A stretch of 55,345 nt of DNA from a virus. This document shows, piece after piece, positions 15,520-24,072 of this stretch. The stretch's first letter is position 1. Each line of letters starts with the position of its first letter. Where the stretch lies: the IMG/VR virus record IMGVR_UViG_3300036816_000012, positions 1-55,345 of that record; one strand, given 5' to 3'. Below the pieces are notes generated by a model, which was given only the letters and a program-made list of their open reading frames with translations, had not been told where the DNA came from and made no database searches. The position numbers were made by a program, and so were the translations under genes.

Positions 15520-15542
15520 TCGCTGATGCGGCTATTTTTTTT
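15517..15542 (+). terminator. Rho-independent terminator after the agr-like cassette
   Basis: The stem tagtcgc/gcggcta (one G-U pair) is followed by a T8 run. Confidence 0.7.
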
Positions 15543-15712
15543 AACTAGGCAAACTTACCATAAATAGGATGAAAAGTATGTCGAATCATGTTGTCGAAAG
15601 TGTTGATTTCGCCCGGCGAATTAACATTTACAAGTTATGGGATATGTTATTTAATTAAACCAGAAGGAAGTAAATTAAGGAAAGAGAGTTGAATCAAATG
15701 AAGTGGTGTTAG

Positions 15713-15737
15713 GATGAGTACTATATTAGTACTCATC
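15713..15737. repeat. Perfect 10-bp inverted repeat gatgagtact-atatt-agtactcatc
   Basis: Read directly. A second small palindrome, cgcggt-taa-accgcg, follows it. Confidence 0.8.
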
Positions 15738-15766
15738 TGACCGGGGGAGCGCGGTTAAACCGCGAC

Positions 15767-16000
15767 TTACTTCTGAACGTCCCACTCGTACAATTGCTCC
15801 ATCTGGATGCTCAATATCATTGCAGCCAAGTACATGGCTTCAACGGGCATTGAGCGTTGACTGGTGGCAAAAAACGATACCATTCGTTTGGACCAACCAG
15901 TACGAAGGGCGAACTCGGCTTGAGTCATTTCGCGGTGGTCAAGCCAGTACTGAAGTAAGCATCTCCCTCGGGTAACTTTCACCGTAGAGCGCTCCTTCAA
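15767..16000 (-). CDS. XRE-family HTH protein (77 aa)
   Basis: 'MTQAEFALRTGWSKRMVSFFATSQRSMPVEAM' is an HTH_3-like sequence. Confidence 0.6.
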   Translation of the reverse strand: MKERSTVKVTRGRCLLQYWLDHREMTQAEFALRTGWSKRMVSFFATSQRSMPVEAMYLAAMILSIQMEQLYEWDVQK

Positions 16001-16097
16001 ACAAACAATACAATATTTGTTTCAGGCCACATTATAACACGATGGCAAATTGCGGTAAACCACCAGAAAACCAAATCACACCATGGGGGAGATACAC

Positions 16098-16361
16098 ATG
16101 TTAAAAGAATGGTTAGAGCCAGCAATTGAGAAAAGGGTATGGGAAGTAGTTGGATTGTGCGAGGAAGAAAACAAAGGGCTATATGATGAATTTGCTGCAA
16201 CACTCAATAAATTGAAAAAACACGTTCCGTTCGAACTGATCGATGACTTAAATAAAATGGAGGATATCTTCCTTCAAAAAGGATCTGCAATCAAAACTGC
16301 TTATGAAGCCGGTTTTAATGATGCATTCAAGCTAAACCAAGAAATGAAGGATTTGATCTAA
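16098..16361 (+). CDS. Hypothetical protein (87 aa), divergent from the XRE gene
   Basis: ATG lies 7 nt after GGGGGAG. Confidence 0.5.
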   Translation: MLKEWLEPAIEKRVWEVVGLCEEENKGLYDEFAATLNKLKKHVPFELIDDLNKMEDIFLQKGSAIKTAYEAGFNDAFKLNQEMKDLI

Positions 16362-16366
16362 TTGAG

Positions 16367-16402
16367 GCTCTGTCATCGAAATAATGGTGGCAGAGCTTTT
16401 TT
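16367..16402 (+). terminator. Rho-independent terminator
   Basis: The stem gctctgtca/tggcagagc (one G-U pair) is followed by a T6 run. Confidence 0.65.
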
Positions 16403-16445
16403 ATTCTCTATATAATGTAGGGAAGTTTAGTTGAAGCGGTTACAA

Positions 16446-16478
16446 ACAAAAAAAGAGGCCACCCAATTTGGGTGACCT
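16446..16478 (-). terminator. Rho-independent terminator of the integrase transcript
   Basis: On the minus strand the hairpin ggtcacccaaattgggtggcc is followed by tcttttttt. Confidence 0.6.
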
Positions 16479-16500
16479 GTTGCTTACGAATGAAGCAACG

Positions 16501-16540
16501 TAGTTTTAGGATAGGAGTGGAGAGTCCTGTCCTGAAACTA
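16501..16540. other. Candidate attP core (40-bp imperfect dyad)
   Basis: tagttttaggatagga-gtggagag-tcctgtcctgaaacta has 14 of 16 arm positions complementary. It lies 34 nt from the integrase stop. Confidence 0.35.
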
Positions 16541-16573
16541 TCTTTATAACTGTACTTAGCCGCTATATAGTGA

Positions 16574-18064
16574 TCAGTAAATAATCAGTTTGTCTCTATA
16601 TTTTTTCGTCTCACTAGGTTGAATCTTTCTAACCTCTCCCCATTTGAAATGAACTTCAGCTGGTGCTCCTGGAACAATCTTTTCTACTAAGAACTCGATC
16701 GATATTCGTTTAGCATCATCTGGGATGATTTCGATAAGGTCTGAAAATTCTTGAATAGCATCTCCAAAGTCGCCAAACTTTTTAGATTGTGGAAGCGGAG
16801 CTTTACTCAAAAGGTCCATGATTTCTAACTTCCGTTTCCCGTATCGACTTGTTGACCTCTCGTATTGATCTTCTGTAATTTTGTTATGCAGATAATAATC
16901 GTCGAATATTTTTTGTTCTGCTCTGTTGATGTTCGATAATTCATCTTGTAATTTAGAGAAGGAGTTAGATTCTTGTTTTTCTCCATCCATCTCCGATAGC
17001 ACTGATTGAAATCCATATTTATTTTCTGCCATTTCACTAATTAGTTTTATGACTGCATCATTCAAGGTGTTTTGGTCGTAGTTAGGACTTTGGCATTTCC
17101 CAAGTGATGTCTTTCTGTTACAAACATATTTTCTCCGATCTTTCTTTGAAGAGAAATGACGAGAGTGCATTTTAGATCCGCACTCTGGACAAATAAGCAT
17201 AGAGGTTAACAACTGCCGCTGTTTACCTTTCCAAGCTTTTTCTTTTCCGAATAATGTAGATTGGATATAAATGAAGGTATCCCAATCGACTATAACTGGA
17301 CAATTAGCCAACGGGTAAAATTTATCTTTCCATTTCTGCTTGGCAGCATAGGTAGGATTAGTAAGCATATACCTAACCCTTCGAGCGCTCCATTCTTTCC
17401 CCGTTTCACTTGGTACCTCGTTATCATTTAACCATCGAGCTATAAGGTAAGGTCCCTTACCAGAGAGAGCCATCTCAAATGCTTTCCTCACGTAAATTGA
17501 CTTTTCAAAAACCTCTTCGAACCCATTCTCTATTTTTTTTAGACCAAATGGTGGAGGGCCGCCATTCCAGCGCCCTTTCTCAGCGTTGGTCCTTTTGTTT
17601 TCATTCATTATTTCGCTTAGGTTGTCTGAATAGTATTCGTTGAGGTCGACAAAGAAACCGGCTATAAGACGCCCGTTTGGTGTGCTGAAGTCCACAGCTT
17701 CAGAAGCTGAACAGATATCAATTTGATGTGTTTTAAGGATCTCGTATAGTTTTTGAAAGTCTTTTTTCAAACGGGTTAGCCTAGAGAGGTTGAAAAATAC
17801 AAACTTTTTGACAGAATCACGTTCTTCAATAAACTGAAGTGCTTCCATTAGTCCAGGTCGTTTGGTGTAATCAATCCTAAAACCTGAATAGTCAATATCT
17901 TTAAACACTTTGACAAGCTTATAGCCGTTAAACTCACAAAACTGCTCTATTTTTCTTAATTGAGTTAGCTCTGAAATATCCTCTTTGTCCTGTCTTTGAT
18001 CACTTTGACGGATATAAGCGATCGCTTCAACGACTTGGTTTCTTTCATCGCGGGCAGCTAACAT
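16574..18064 (-). CDS. int: Large serine recombinase (integrase)
   Basis: The 496-aa product has an N-terminal resolvase motif 'AYIRQSDQRQ', a recombinase domain, a zinc ribbon 'CPECGSKM...YVCNRK' and a coiled-coil C-terminus. Confidence 0.9.
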   Translation of the reverse strand: MLAARDERNQVVEAIAYIRQSDQRQDKEDISELTQLRKIEQFCEFNGYKLVKVFKDIDYSGFRIDYTKRPGLMEALQFIEERDSVKKFVFFNLSRLTRLKKDFQKLYEILKTHQIDICSASEAVDFSTPNGRLIAGFFVDLNEYYSDNLSEIMNENKRTNAEKGRWNGGPPPFGLKKIENGFEEVFEKSIYVRKAFEMALSGKGPYLIARWLNDNEVPSETGKEWSARRVRYMLTNPTYAAKQKWKDKFYPLANCPVIVDWDTFIYIQSTLFGKEKAWKGKQRQLLTSMLICPECGSKMHSRHFSSKKDRRKYVCNRKTSLGKCQSPNYDQNTLNDAVIKLISEMAENKYGFQSVLSEMDGEKQESNSFSKLQDELSNINRAEQKIFDDYYLHNKITEDQYERSTSRYGKRKLEIMDLLSKAPLPQSKKFGDFGDAIQEFSDLIEIIPDDAKRISIEFLVEKIVPGAPAEVHFKWGEVRKIQPSETKKYRDKLIIY

Positions 18065-18096
18065 GATTTCGCCTCCTTTCAGGCTGCCATGTATTT

Positions 18097-18843
18097 CTAA
18101 TATCTCCGTCTAACCTCCACCACTTTACCAATGATCTCTACTTTAGATGCCTCTACAATAGTTGGCTGTAATTTTGGATTGGAAGGCATCAAGATACAAA
18201 TCTCATTTTGACACTTAATTCTTTTTACTGTAGCAGTTTCACCATCAATAGCTACAACCGCAATATCGTTAGCGCTAACTTCGCTTTGTTTCACACAGAT
18301 AACAATATCACCTTCAACGATGTTATCCCCGATCATGCTATCTCCTTTAATACGCAGGCAGAAAGCTTGCTTACCTCTAACAACAGATGCATTTACATAT
18401 TCCATATCTTCTATGTGTTCGATTCTGTCAATAGGTTGTCCAGCAGCGATAGAACCAAGGACAGGCACCTTAACAAGGTTTTCAGCTATGTATTGCGCAG
18501 GTGTTTCCTCAATTACTAATGCTTGTGAATATTCCTTCTTCAGATCTTTTAGTTTCTCTAGTTTGATAAATTTTTCTTTTATCTCTTCTGGAGCTTTTTC
18601 AATAAAAGCAGCAGTCAAAAGTTTTTCGACATCGCCACCTGTTACAGCTGCGAGTGCTCTATTGAGATCCGAAGTTGCTGGGTTTTCTGTTTTCCCATTT
18701 TGCAATTGGCTAATGTAGCCTTTGCTTATTTTATATCCGTGCTCATCTGTAAGGCGCTCTGAGATCTCGGATAGGGATAACCCGGATTTTTTTATGTAAT
18801 CTTTTAGCAACTCATAGTAATTCAATTGAGACACTCCTTTCAT
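18097..18843 (-). CDS. CI-type repressor (XRE HTH plus S24 LexA-like autopeptidase)
   Basis: It has an N-terminal HTH 'SGLSLSEISERL' and C-terminal 'KGDSMIGDNIVEGDIVIC' and 'VKRI' (Ser/Lys dyad). There is no SD before the ATG. Confidence 0.9.
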   Translation of the reverse strand: MKGVSQLNYYELLKDYIKKSGLSLSEISERLTDEHGYKISKGYISQLQNGKTENPATSDLNRALAAVTGGDVEKLLTAAFIEKAPEEIKEKFIKLEKLKDLKKEYSQALVIEETPAQYIAENLVKVPVLGSIAAGQPIDRIEHIEDMEYVNASVVRGKQAFCLRIKGDSMIGDNIVEGDIVICVKQSEVSANDIAVVAIDGETATVKRIKCQNEICILMPSNPKLQPTIVEASKVEIIGKVVEVRRRY

Positions 18844-18851
18844 TTGTTTTA

Positions 18852-18967
18852 ATTTTACTAAACGTTGCAGTAAAAAGTCAACATTATTTTTGCGTTTACT
18901 ATTGACTGGAACGTTTTTAGCGTTTAGTATTTACTTAACGGCAACGTTCACTAATCACTAAACGGTG
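18852..18967. promoter_or_regulatory. Lysis-lysogeny switch: divergent promoters plus 5 operator half-sites A(C/G)T(A/G)AACGnn
   Basis: The rightward promoter is TTGACT (18902-07), a 17-nt spacer, then TAGTAT (18925-30). The leftward promoter is TTGACT (rc of 18876-81), an 18-nt spacer, then TAAAAT (rc of 18852-57). Half-sites start at 18857, 18891 (rc), 18919 (rc), 18941 (rc) and 18957. Confidence 0.6.
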
Positions 18968-18980
18968 GGAGGTGATAAAT

Positions 18981-19259
18981 GTGAAATACGCAAACCTTCT
19001 AAGAGACGCCGTCGTTCAAAGCAATTGGACTTATTCGAAGATCATTGACAAATGCAAAGCTCAAGGCGTGACTTTCTCCAGTTCCTATTTAAGCAAGCTA
19101 TGCACTGGTTTGATGCCGCCGCCGTCAGATGAGATTAATCGAGTTATAGCAGAAGTACTGGCGCCGGTTACATCAATTACCTATGAACAACTAGCTATAG
19201 CTAAATACAAGGAAATTATACCCACAGAGATATTAGAAGCAATTGCTGCTGGGCAATAA
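18981..19259 (+). CDS. Cro-like HTH protein
   Basis: GTG lies 8 nt after GGGAGG (the track start GTG 18972 is in the RBS). 'WTYSKIIDKCKAQGVTFSSSYLSKLCTG' is HTH-like. Confidence 0.6.
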   Translation: MKYANLLRDAVVQSNWTYSKIIDKCKAQGVTFSSSYLSKLCTGLMPPPSDEINRVIAEVLAPVTSITYEQLAIAKYKEIIPTEILEAIAAGQ

Positions 19260-19271
19260 AAGGAGGGCAAC

Positions 19272-19418
19272 ATGACACGCCTTGAAGAGATCATCGAAGA
19301 AATGCAGAGTCTGAATGTAGATCCGTTGCGAATCGATGAAGAAATTAGAAAACTTGAAAGTGAACTGTCGGATTTCTTAATGAATGGAGGCGTGGGATAT
19401 GAGTCAAAAAGCACTTGA
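19272..19418 (+). CDS. Small hypothetical protein (48 aa)
   Basis: ATG follows AAAGGAGGG; the ORF is below the ORF-track cutoff. Confidence 0.45.
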   Translation: MTRLEEIIEEMQSLNVDPLRIDEEIRKLESELSDFLMNGGVGYESKST

Positions 19419-19521
19419 ACCATACGAGAGGGACTTCATTAAGTTCCTCGCTAACCAAGCTAAACTGCTCATTAAAGAACAGAATCAAAAAGAATCAACG
19501 AAATCAAAGAAGATTTCATGA
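19399..19521 (+). CDS. Small hypothetical protein (40 aa)
   Basis: ATG lies 8 nt after GGAGG and overlaps the previous ORF by 20 nt. Confidence 0.4.
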   Translation: MSQKALEPYERDFIKFLANQAKLLIKEQNQKESTKSKKIS

Positions 19522-19534
19522 AAGGAGTATGTGC

Positions 19535-20308
19535 ATGAGCTTACTACAAGTGATCAACTATGCAGGGCAAAGAGTTTTAACAACAAATCAATTAGCTGAA
19601 TCATTTGGAACTGACAATAAGCACTTGTCAGACAATTACTCAAACAACAAATCGAGATATCGAGAGGGTAAACACTTCTTCTTATTAAAAGGGCAAGAAC
19701 TGAAAGAGTTTAAAGAAGGGTACCCGATTATTTCCGACACCCTAAAGTTCGCTTCTGTATTGCAGCTTTGGACTGAAAAAGGAGCTTGGATGCATGCAAA
19801 ATCTCTCAATACAGATCAAGCGTGGGAAGCATATGAACTTCTTGTTGATGATTATTACCATATGAAGCAACCTGAGTTGCAGACAGTGGAATCTTTCTTA
19901 ACTAATCCAGACACGATCATCAAGATTGCTGAAAACTGGAAAGCAGAAAAGATACTACGAATCGCTGCTGAACAAAAGATCGAAGAAGACAAACCGAAAG
20001 TCATCTTCGCAGAAGCTCTTGAAACATCTAAGGATTCAATCCTGGTAAATGACATGGCTAAACTCTTGAAACAAAACGGAATCAAAATTGGGCAAAAGCG
20101 GCTCTTCGAATGGCTACGGCAAAACGGCTACCTAATTAAAGGTGGCAGTGATCGCAACATGCCGACTCAACGTTCTATGGAGCTGGAGATCATGGAAATC
20201 AAAGTTGGTCAACGCTTAAGCACTAGCGAAGGTTCTAAGATTACCAGAACTCCTAAGATTACCGGGAAAGGCCAAGTTTACTTCATTAACAAGTTTAAAG
20301 CTGTGTAA
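19535..20308 (+). CDS. Antirepressor (ORF6N/KilA-N-like N-domain plus ANT/KilAC C-domain)
   Basis: It carries 'VINYAGQRVLTTNQLAESFGTD...GKHFFLLKGQELKEFK' and C-terminal 'ILVNDMAKLLKQNGIKIGQKRLFEWLRQNGYLI'. Confidence 0.8.
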   Translation: MSLLQVINYAGQRVLTTNQLAESFGTDNKHLSDNYSNNKSRYREGKHFFLLKGQELKEFKEGYPIISDTLKFASVLQLWTEKGAWMHAKSLNTDQAWEAYELLVDDYYHMKQPELQTVESFLTNPDTIIKIAENWKAEKILRIAAEQKIEEDKPKVIFAEALETSKDSILVNDMAKLLKQNGIKIGQKRLFEWLRQNGYLIKGGSDRNMPTQRSMELEIMEIKVGQRLSTSEGSKITRTPKITGKGQVYFINKFKAV

Positions 20309-20382
20309 CTTGATTCATATGATTATCAATACGTTGTTATAAGATTCATAGTTTCAAAAATATTCATTTTGGAGGAACACGA

Positions 20383-20877
20383 ATGGAAAGATATTTCAGG
20401 TTAACAGAAGAAAGTGCTTTGCAACATGACTTCATTGCTTACAAAAATAACACAAAAGTTTTAAGAGAACTCATTATAGAGTTCAATACGACTCATGGGA
20501 TTAAATCTGGCGCGTATTATGCAACGGATGAAGCTCTTTACATCATTCCTACAGAAAGTGATTTGGAAAAGCACTCATCAGTTCTTTGCGCACCGATTGA
20601 AGAGGGGCTTAGAAAATTCAAAGTCAATTCTAGAATTGGTAAAGCGTGGGTCAAGGGATTAAAGGATAAAAACCTGAGCGTGCTGCGGAAACCACCAGTA
20701 GCGTTTTACTTTCCTAGATTTGGTGGTGGTCGAATCCAAAGCAGAATTTTTGAAATTGATGGAGTTGTCTATTGCAGCATGAATCCCTGTGAAGAATCTC
20801 AAATTTCCGGAATGGTTGAAATGAAAGCAAGCGAGTTTTTCAAAGTCATTGAAGAATCTGAAACTAAGGAAGGGTGA
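20383..20877 (+). CDS. Hypothetical protein (164 aa)
   Basis: RBS ttggaggaacacgaATG. Confidence 0.6.
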   Translation: MERYFRLTEESALQHDFIAYKNNTKVLRELIIEFNTTHGIKSGAYYATDEALYIIPTESDLEKHSSVLCAPIEEGLRKFKVNSRIGKAWVKGLKDKNLSVLRKPPVAFYFPRFGGGRIQSRIFEIDGVVYCSMNPCEESQISGMVEMKASEFFKVIEESETKEG

Positions 20878-20882
20878 ATGAT

Positions 20883-21044
20883 ATGCCAACACCTACTGAA
20901 TCATTAACTGCAGCATTTTATAACTGCAAGGAACGTAATTGCACAAAGGAGCAGCTTGAAGGATTCATTGCTCGGGCAAAAACGCAATTTGCTGGCAATG
21001 AAGGTATGCAGTCTATTATTGCACATTTACAAGACCAAGTTTGA
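20883..21044 (+). CDS. Small hypothetical protein (53 aa)
   Basis: The ORF fills the gap between its neighbours and is below the track cutoff. Confidence 0.45.
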   Translation: MPTPTESLTAAFYNCKERNCTKEQLEGFIARAKTQFAGNEGMQSIIAHLQDQV

Positions 21045-21065
21045 GAGGGGGAAGGAGATACGACG

Positions 21066-21278
21066 ATGATCAACTTTGACCCATTTGAGGATATGTGGAA
21101 GCGGGACAGCTACGTTAGCTTACGGCAGATGATATGCATGGTACCGCTCCTGTGCTTGTTATACGCTATCATTCTTATTTGGTACTTAGGCGGTAAGATC
21201 ATCTATTTCCTAATCGATATAGGAGATGGAACGATGTATAGAAAGATGAAGCGTAAGCTTCAAAATAAGTCGAAATGA
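21066..21278 (+). CDS. Small membrane protein (70 aa)
   Basis: RBS GGGGGAAGGAG; one TM helix. Confidence 0.55.
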   Translation: MINFDPFEDMWKRDSYVSLRQMICMVPLLCLLYAIILIWYLGGKIIYFLIDIGDGTMYRKMKRKLQNKSK

Positions 21279-21298
21279 TATAAAAGGAGCGACTAACA

Positions 21299-21454
21299 AT
21301 GACTAAAAAACACTATCTGCTTAACGTAACCGCGTTCTTTACCCAACTTGAAGAACGCATGAATGCAGACTGTCGTCCTAACATCGCTAACCATGCCAAG
21401 AAGCAATATGAGAAGTACAACCGGCAATTGGAAGCACTAAAAGAGTTAGGATGA
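21299..21454 (+). CDS. Small hypothetical protein (51 aa)
   Basis: ATG follows AAAAGGAG. Confidence 0.45.
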   Translation: MTKKHYLLNVTAFFTQLEERMNADCRPNIANHAKKQYEKYNRQLEALKELG

Positions 21455-21552
21455 TGATTCCGGTGGCATTCTGGCTTGTCTGGTCACTGTTAATGTGTGT
21501 CGGTATCTTCTTGGTCATAGCAGGAGGGAGTGAAGAAGATGGACAGATTTAA
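21451..21552 (+). CDS. Possible small membrane peptide (33 aa)
   Basis: It makes an ATGA overlap with the previous stop. 'MMIPVAFWLVWSLLMCVGIFLVIAGG' is hydrophobic. Confidence 0.3.
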   Translation: MMIPVAFWLVWSLLMCVGIFLVIAGGSEEDGQI

Positions 21553-21727
21553 GCAAGGCTTACCAGATCCGCAGCAAGCAAAGGTAGTAGCGATATGTGC
21601 TAATCCTGCTTGTGATAGTGAGATATACGAAGGTCAGTATGTGGACCACTTCGATACTACGTTATATTGCTGCACACGTTGTCTGTTTGAAACAGAAGGA
21701 ACAGTAATCACAGTAGAGGGTGAATGA
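21539..21727 (+). CDS. Zinc-ribbon protein (62 aa)
   Basis: It has 'CANPACDSE...CCTRC'. ATG lies 10 nt after GGAGGG. Confidence 0.5.
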   Translation: MDRFKQGLPDPQQAKVVAICANPACDSEIYEGQYVDHFDTTLYCCTRCLFETEGTVITVEGE

Positions 21728-21728
21728 A

Positions 21729-21980
21729 ATGGAAATGCAAGTACGCATTAAGGCTAGTGAAAAATTTGAGGACATATTCGCACTTGAATTATCTGGTGGG
21801 AGATTAGTTGAAGGTAAACATCCAAAGTTTGTGTTTTCTGGTCAAGCACAGCGCGATGACTATGATCGAATCAGACGCGAAATGAAGGGAGCTAACGAGG
21901 ATGGGAGCACTGCAAAGGGCAATCCGGAAGCTAGAACAGCTTCAAGAAAATACCGCAGTTCACGGGAATTCCGCATCTAG
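21729..21980 (+). CDS. Hypothetical protein (83 aa), 3' end uncertain
   Basis: The last ~27 codons overlap the next ORF and look non-protein-like (Arg/Ser-rich). Confidence 0.4.
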   Translation: MEMQVRIKASEKFEDIFALELSGGRLVEGKHPKFVFSGQAQRDDYDRIRREMKGANEDGSTAKGNPEARTASRKYRSSREFRI

Positions 21981-22107
21981 CATCATGAGAGAGACAGGAA
22001 ACTTTCTGCAGCATGATCTGGATGAAGTCATCACATTGTTGCAAGATGCCCAAAACGAAATGGAAAGCAAAACGACTCCAAAGGTTGCACCCTCTGAAGT
22101 CGTGTAA
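21901..22107 (+). CDS. Hypothetical protein (68 aa)
   Basis: It overlaps the previous ORF by 80 nt, and its composition looks protein-like. Confidence 0.45.
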   Translation: MGALQRAIRKLEQLQENTAVHGNSASSIMRETGNFLQHDLDEVITLLQDAQNEMESKTTPKVAPSEVV

Positions 22108-22166
22108 TACACATTTGAAATTGAATTTACGGTCATATTACCAAATTTCTAGGAGGTTGTAAATAG

Positions 22167-22727
22167 ATGATCCCATTAAACCCATTATTTCAAGCGGAAC
22201 TGGATGAATTGGAGCAACAGGAACAGGAGGAACGCCAGCAGTTTAAGGTGGACAGTCTGGATTCTTTAAACTGGGCATTCCGTAAGCTTGCTGCATTAGA
22301 AGCTAAAGGTGCTGAGGTTAATAAGCTTGCTGATGCTGAAGTATATCGTATCGAGGATTATCGCCGTCGTGAACAAGAGAAGTTGCAGCGTAATAAGGAG
22401 TTTTTCCAATCTCTAATCTCCGAGTATGCTGCACGCCGTCGTGAGGAAGATCCTAAATTCAAAAGCGAGAAGACACCATATGGTGCAATCTCATTTAAGA
22501 AGCAACAACCTAAGTGGAATTACAATGACCAGGACTTGGTGACCTGGCTCAATGAACATGGCTATGAACAGTTGATCCGAGTGAAGTGGGAGCCGAACAA
22601 AACGGATATCAAGAAGACATTTAACTTAACTGATTCAGGGGTAGTGGTGGATGCAAACGGTGAACCGGTTGAAGGAATCCATGTGGAATATCGCGGTGAT
22701 GAAGTCGTCATCAAACCGGAGGTGTAA
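22167..22727 (+). CDS. gam: Mu Gam-like host-nuclease inhibitor
   Basis: It carries 'FKVDSLDSLNWAFRKLAALEAKGAEVNKLADAEVYRIEDY', a typical Gam-family N-terminus. Confidence 0.7.
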   Translation: MIPLNPLFQAELDELEQQEQEERQQFKVDSLDSLNWAFRKLAALEAKGAEVNKLADAEVYRIEDYRRREQEKLQRNKEFFQSLISEYAARRREEDPKFKSEKTPYGAISFKKQQPKWNYNDQDLVTWLNEHGYEQLIRVKWEPNKTDIKKTFNLTDSGVVVDANGEPVEGIHVEYRGDEVVIKPEV

Positions 22728-22730
22728 GCA

Positions 22731-23645
22731 ATGCTGATACGTAAAGCACAACGAACGGTAACTAAAGCGCGGATTGGTATGACAGGTCCGAGTGGATCAG
22801 GCAAAACTTTATCTGCTCTATTGATGGCATATGGCATGACTGGAGATTGGGAGAAGGTCGGTCTCATTGATACAGAGAATCGGAGCGCAGATTTGTATGC
22901 TGAGACTACTAAAGCAGGCGTTCACATTCCGGAGTTCCCTAAGATTGATATAGAGCCACCTTACACTACGGAGAAGTACATTGAGGCTATTAAAGCCTTT
23001 GAAGACTATGGCGTTCAGGCGATTATAGTAGATTCACTTTCTCATGCATGGGCTGGAGAAGGCGGGATCATTGAACAGAAAGATAAATTGTCTAAGACGA
23101 AAAACAGCTTTACTGCATGGGGTGAATTGACACCTAAACAGAACAAAATGGTAGAAGCTATCCTGCAATGTTCTGCTCATATATTCGTGACTATGCGATC
23201 AAAGACTGAATACGTTCTTGAGGCTAACGAGAAAGGCAAGCAGGTGCCGCGCAAGGTCGGCATGGCACCTGTGCAAAGGGATGGACTGGAATACGAATTC
23301 ACACTTGTAATGGACCTCTCAGCCCACCATATCGCATCTGTGTCCAAAGATCGTACAGGACTGTTTGATGGAGAAGAGTTTGTCCCAGGTGTTGAGACTG
23401 GTCAAAAGCTTCTTGAATGGTTGGAGTCAGGAGAGAAAGTAGCCACGGCTGAGTTGAGGGAGCAGTTACTTGAAGCATGGGCAGTTCTCGGACTAAGCCC
23501 AGATGTGATAGATGCTCAAACGAAAAAACTCTATGGTTTCCCACTCATAGGAATAACGGAAAAGCAAGGACAAGAGTTTTTAAACACGCTGAACGAACGA
23601 ATAAAAGACAAAGAACCTCAGGAGGAAAAACAAAATGTCACTTAA
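22731..23645 (+). CDS. RecA-fold ATPase (AAA_24 / Sak4-like recombination protein)
   Basis: It has Walker A 'GMTGPSGSGKTLSAL' and Walker B 'AIIVDSLSH', and lies between gam and ssb. Confidence 0.7.
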   Translation: MLIRKAQRTVTKARIGMTGPSGSGKTLSALLMAYGMTGDWEKVGLIDTENRSADLYAETTKAGVHIPEFPKIDIEPPYTTEKYIEAIKAFEDYGVQAIIVDSLSHAWAGEGGIIEQKDKLSKTKNSFTAWGELTPKQNKMVEAILQCSAHIFVTMRSKTEYVLEANEKGKQVPRKVGMAPVQRDGLEYEFTLVMDLSAHHIASVSKDRTGLFDGEEFVPGVETGQKLLEWLESGEKVATAELREQLLEAWAVLGLSPDVIDAQTKKLYGFPLIGITEKQGQEFLNTLNERIKDKEPQEEKQNVT

Positions 23646-24063
23646 TCGAATTATCCTAATTGGACGCGCCACAAAAGATCCAGAATTAAGGTATTTGCCG
23701 AACGGAACCGCTACAGCAACTTATACTCTCGCTGTAGATCGTCCCTTCACTAACGCTAACGGAAACAAGGAAACGGACTTTATCAATATTGTTGTGTGGA
23801 AGCAACTGGCTGAGACGGTAGCCAACTACTTGAGAAAAGGAAGATTGAACGCAGTAGAAGGCAGATTGCAAATTCGCCGTTGGGAGTCTGAGAACGGAAC
23901 AAAATACATCACGGAAGTTGTTGCTGATAACGTCAGATTTCTTGAATCAAACAGTAGCAATCGTGATCCTAATGAACGGGAGCCATACCAATCCAATAAC
24001 AGAGATCCATTCCAAGATGATGGTAAACCGATCGATATCTCAACCGATGATCTTCCTTTTTAA
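23635..24063 (+). CDS. ssb: Single-stranded DNA-binding protein
   Basis: It carries 'MSLNRIILIGRATKDPELRYLPNG' and an acidic C-terminal 'DDLPF' tip. Confidence 0.9.
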   Translation: MSLNRIILIGRATKDPELRYLPNGTATATYTLAVDRPFTNANGNKETDFINIVVWKQLAETVANYLRKGRLNAVEGRLQIRRWESENGTKYITEVVADNVRFLESNSSNRDPNEREPYQSNNRDPFQDDGKPIDISTDDLPF

Positions 24064-24072
24064 AGAAAGAAG

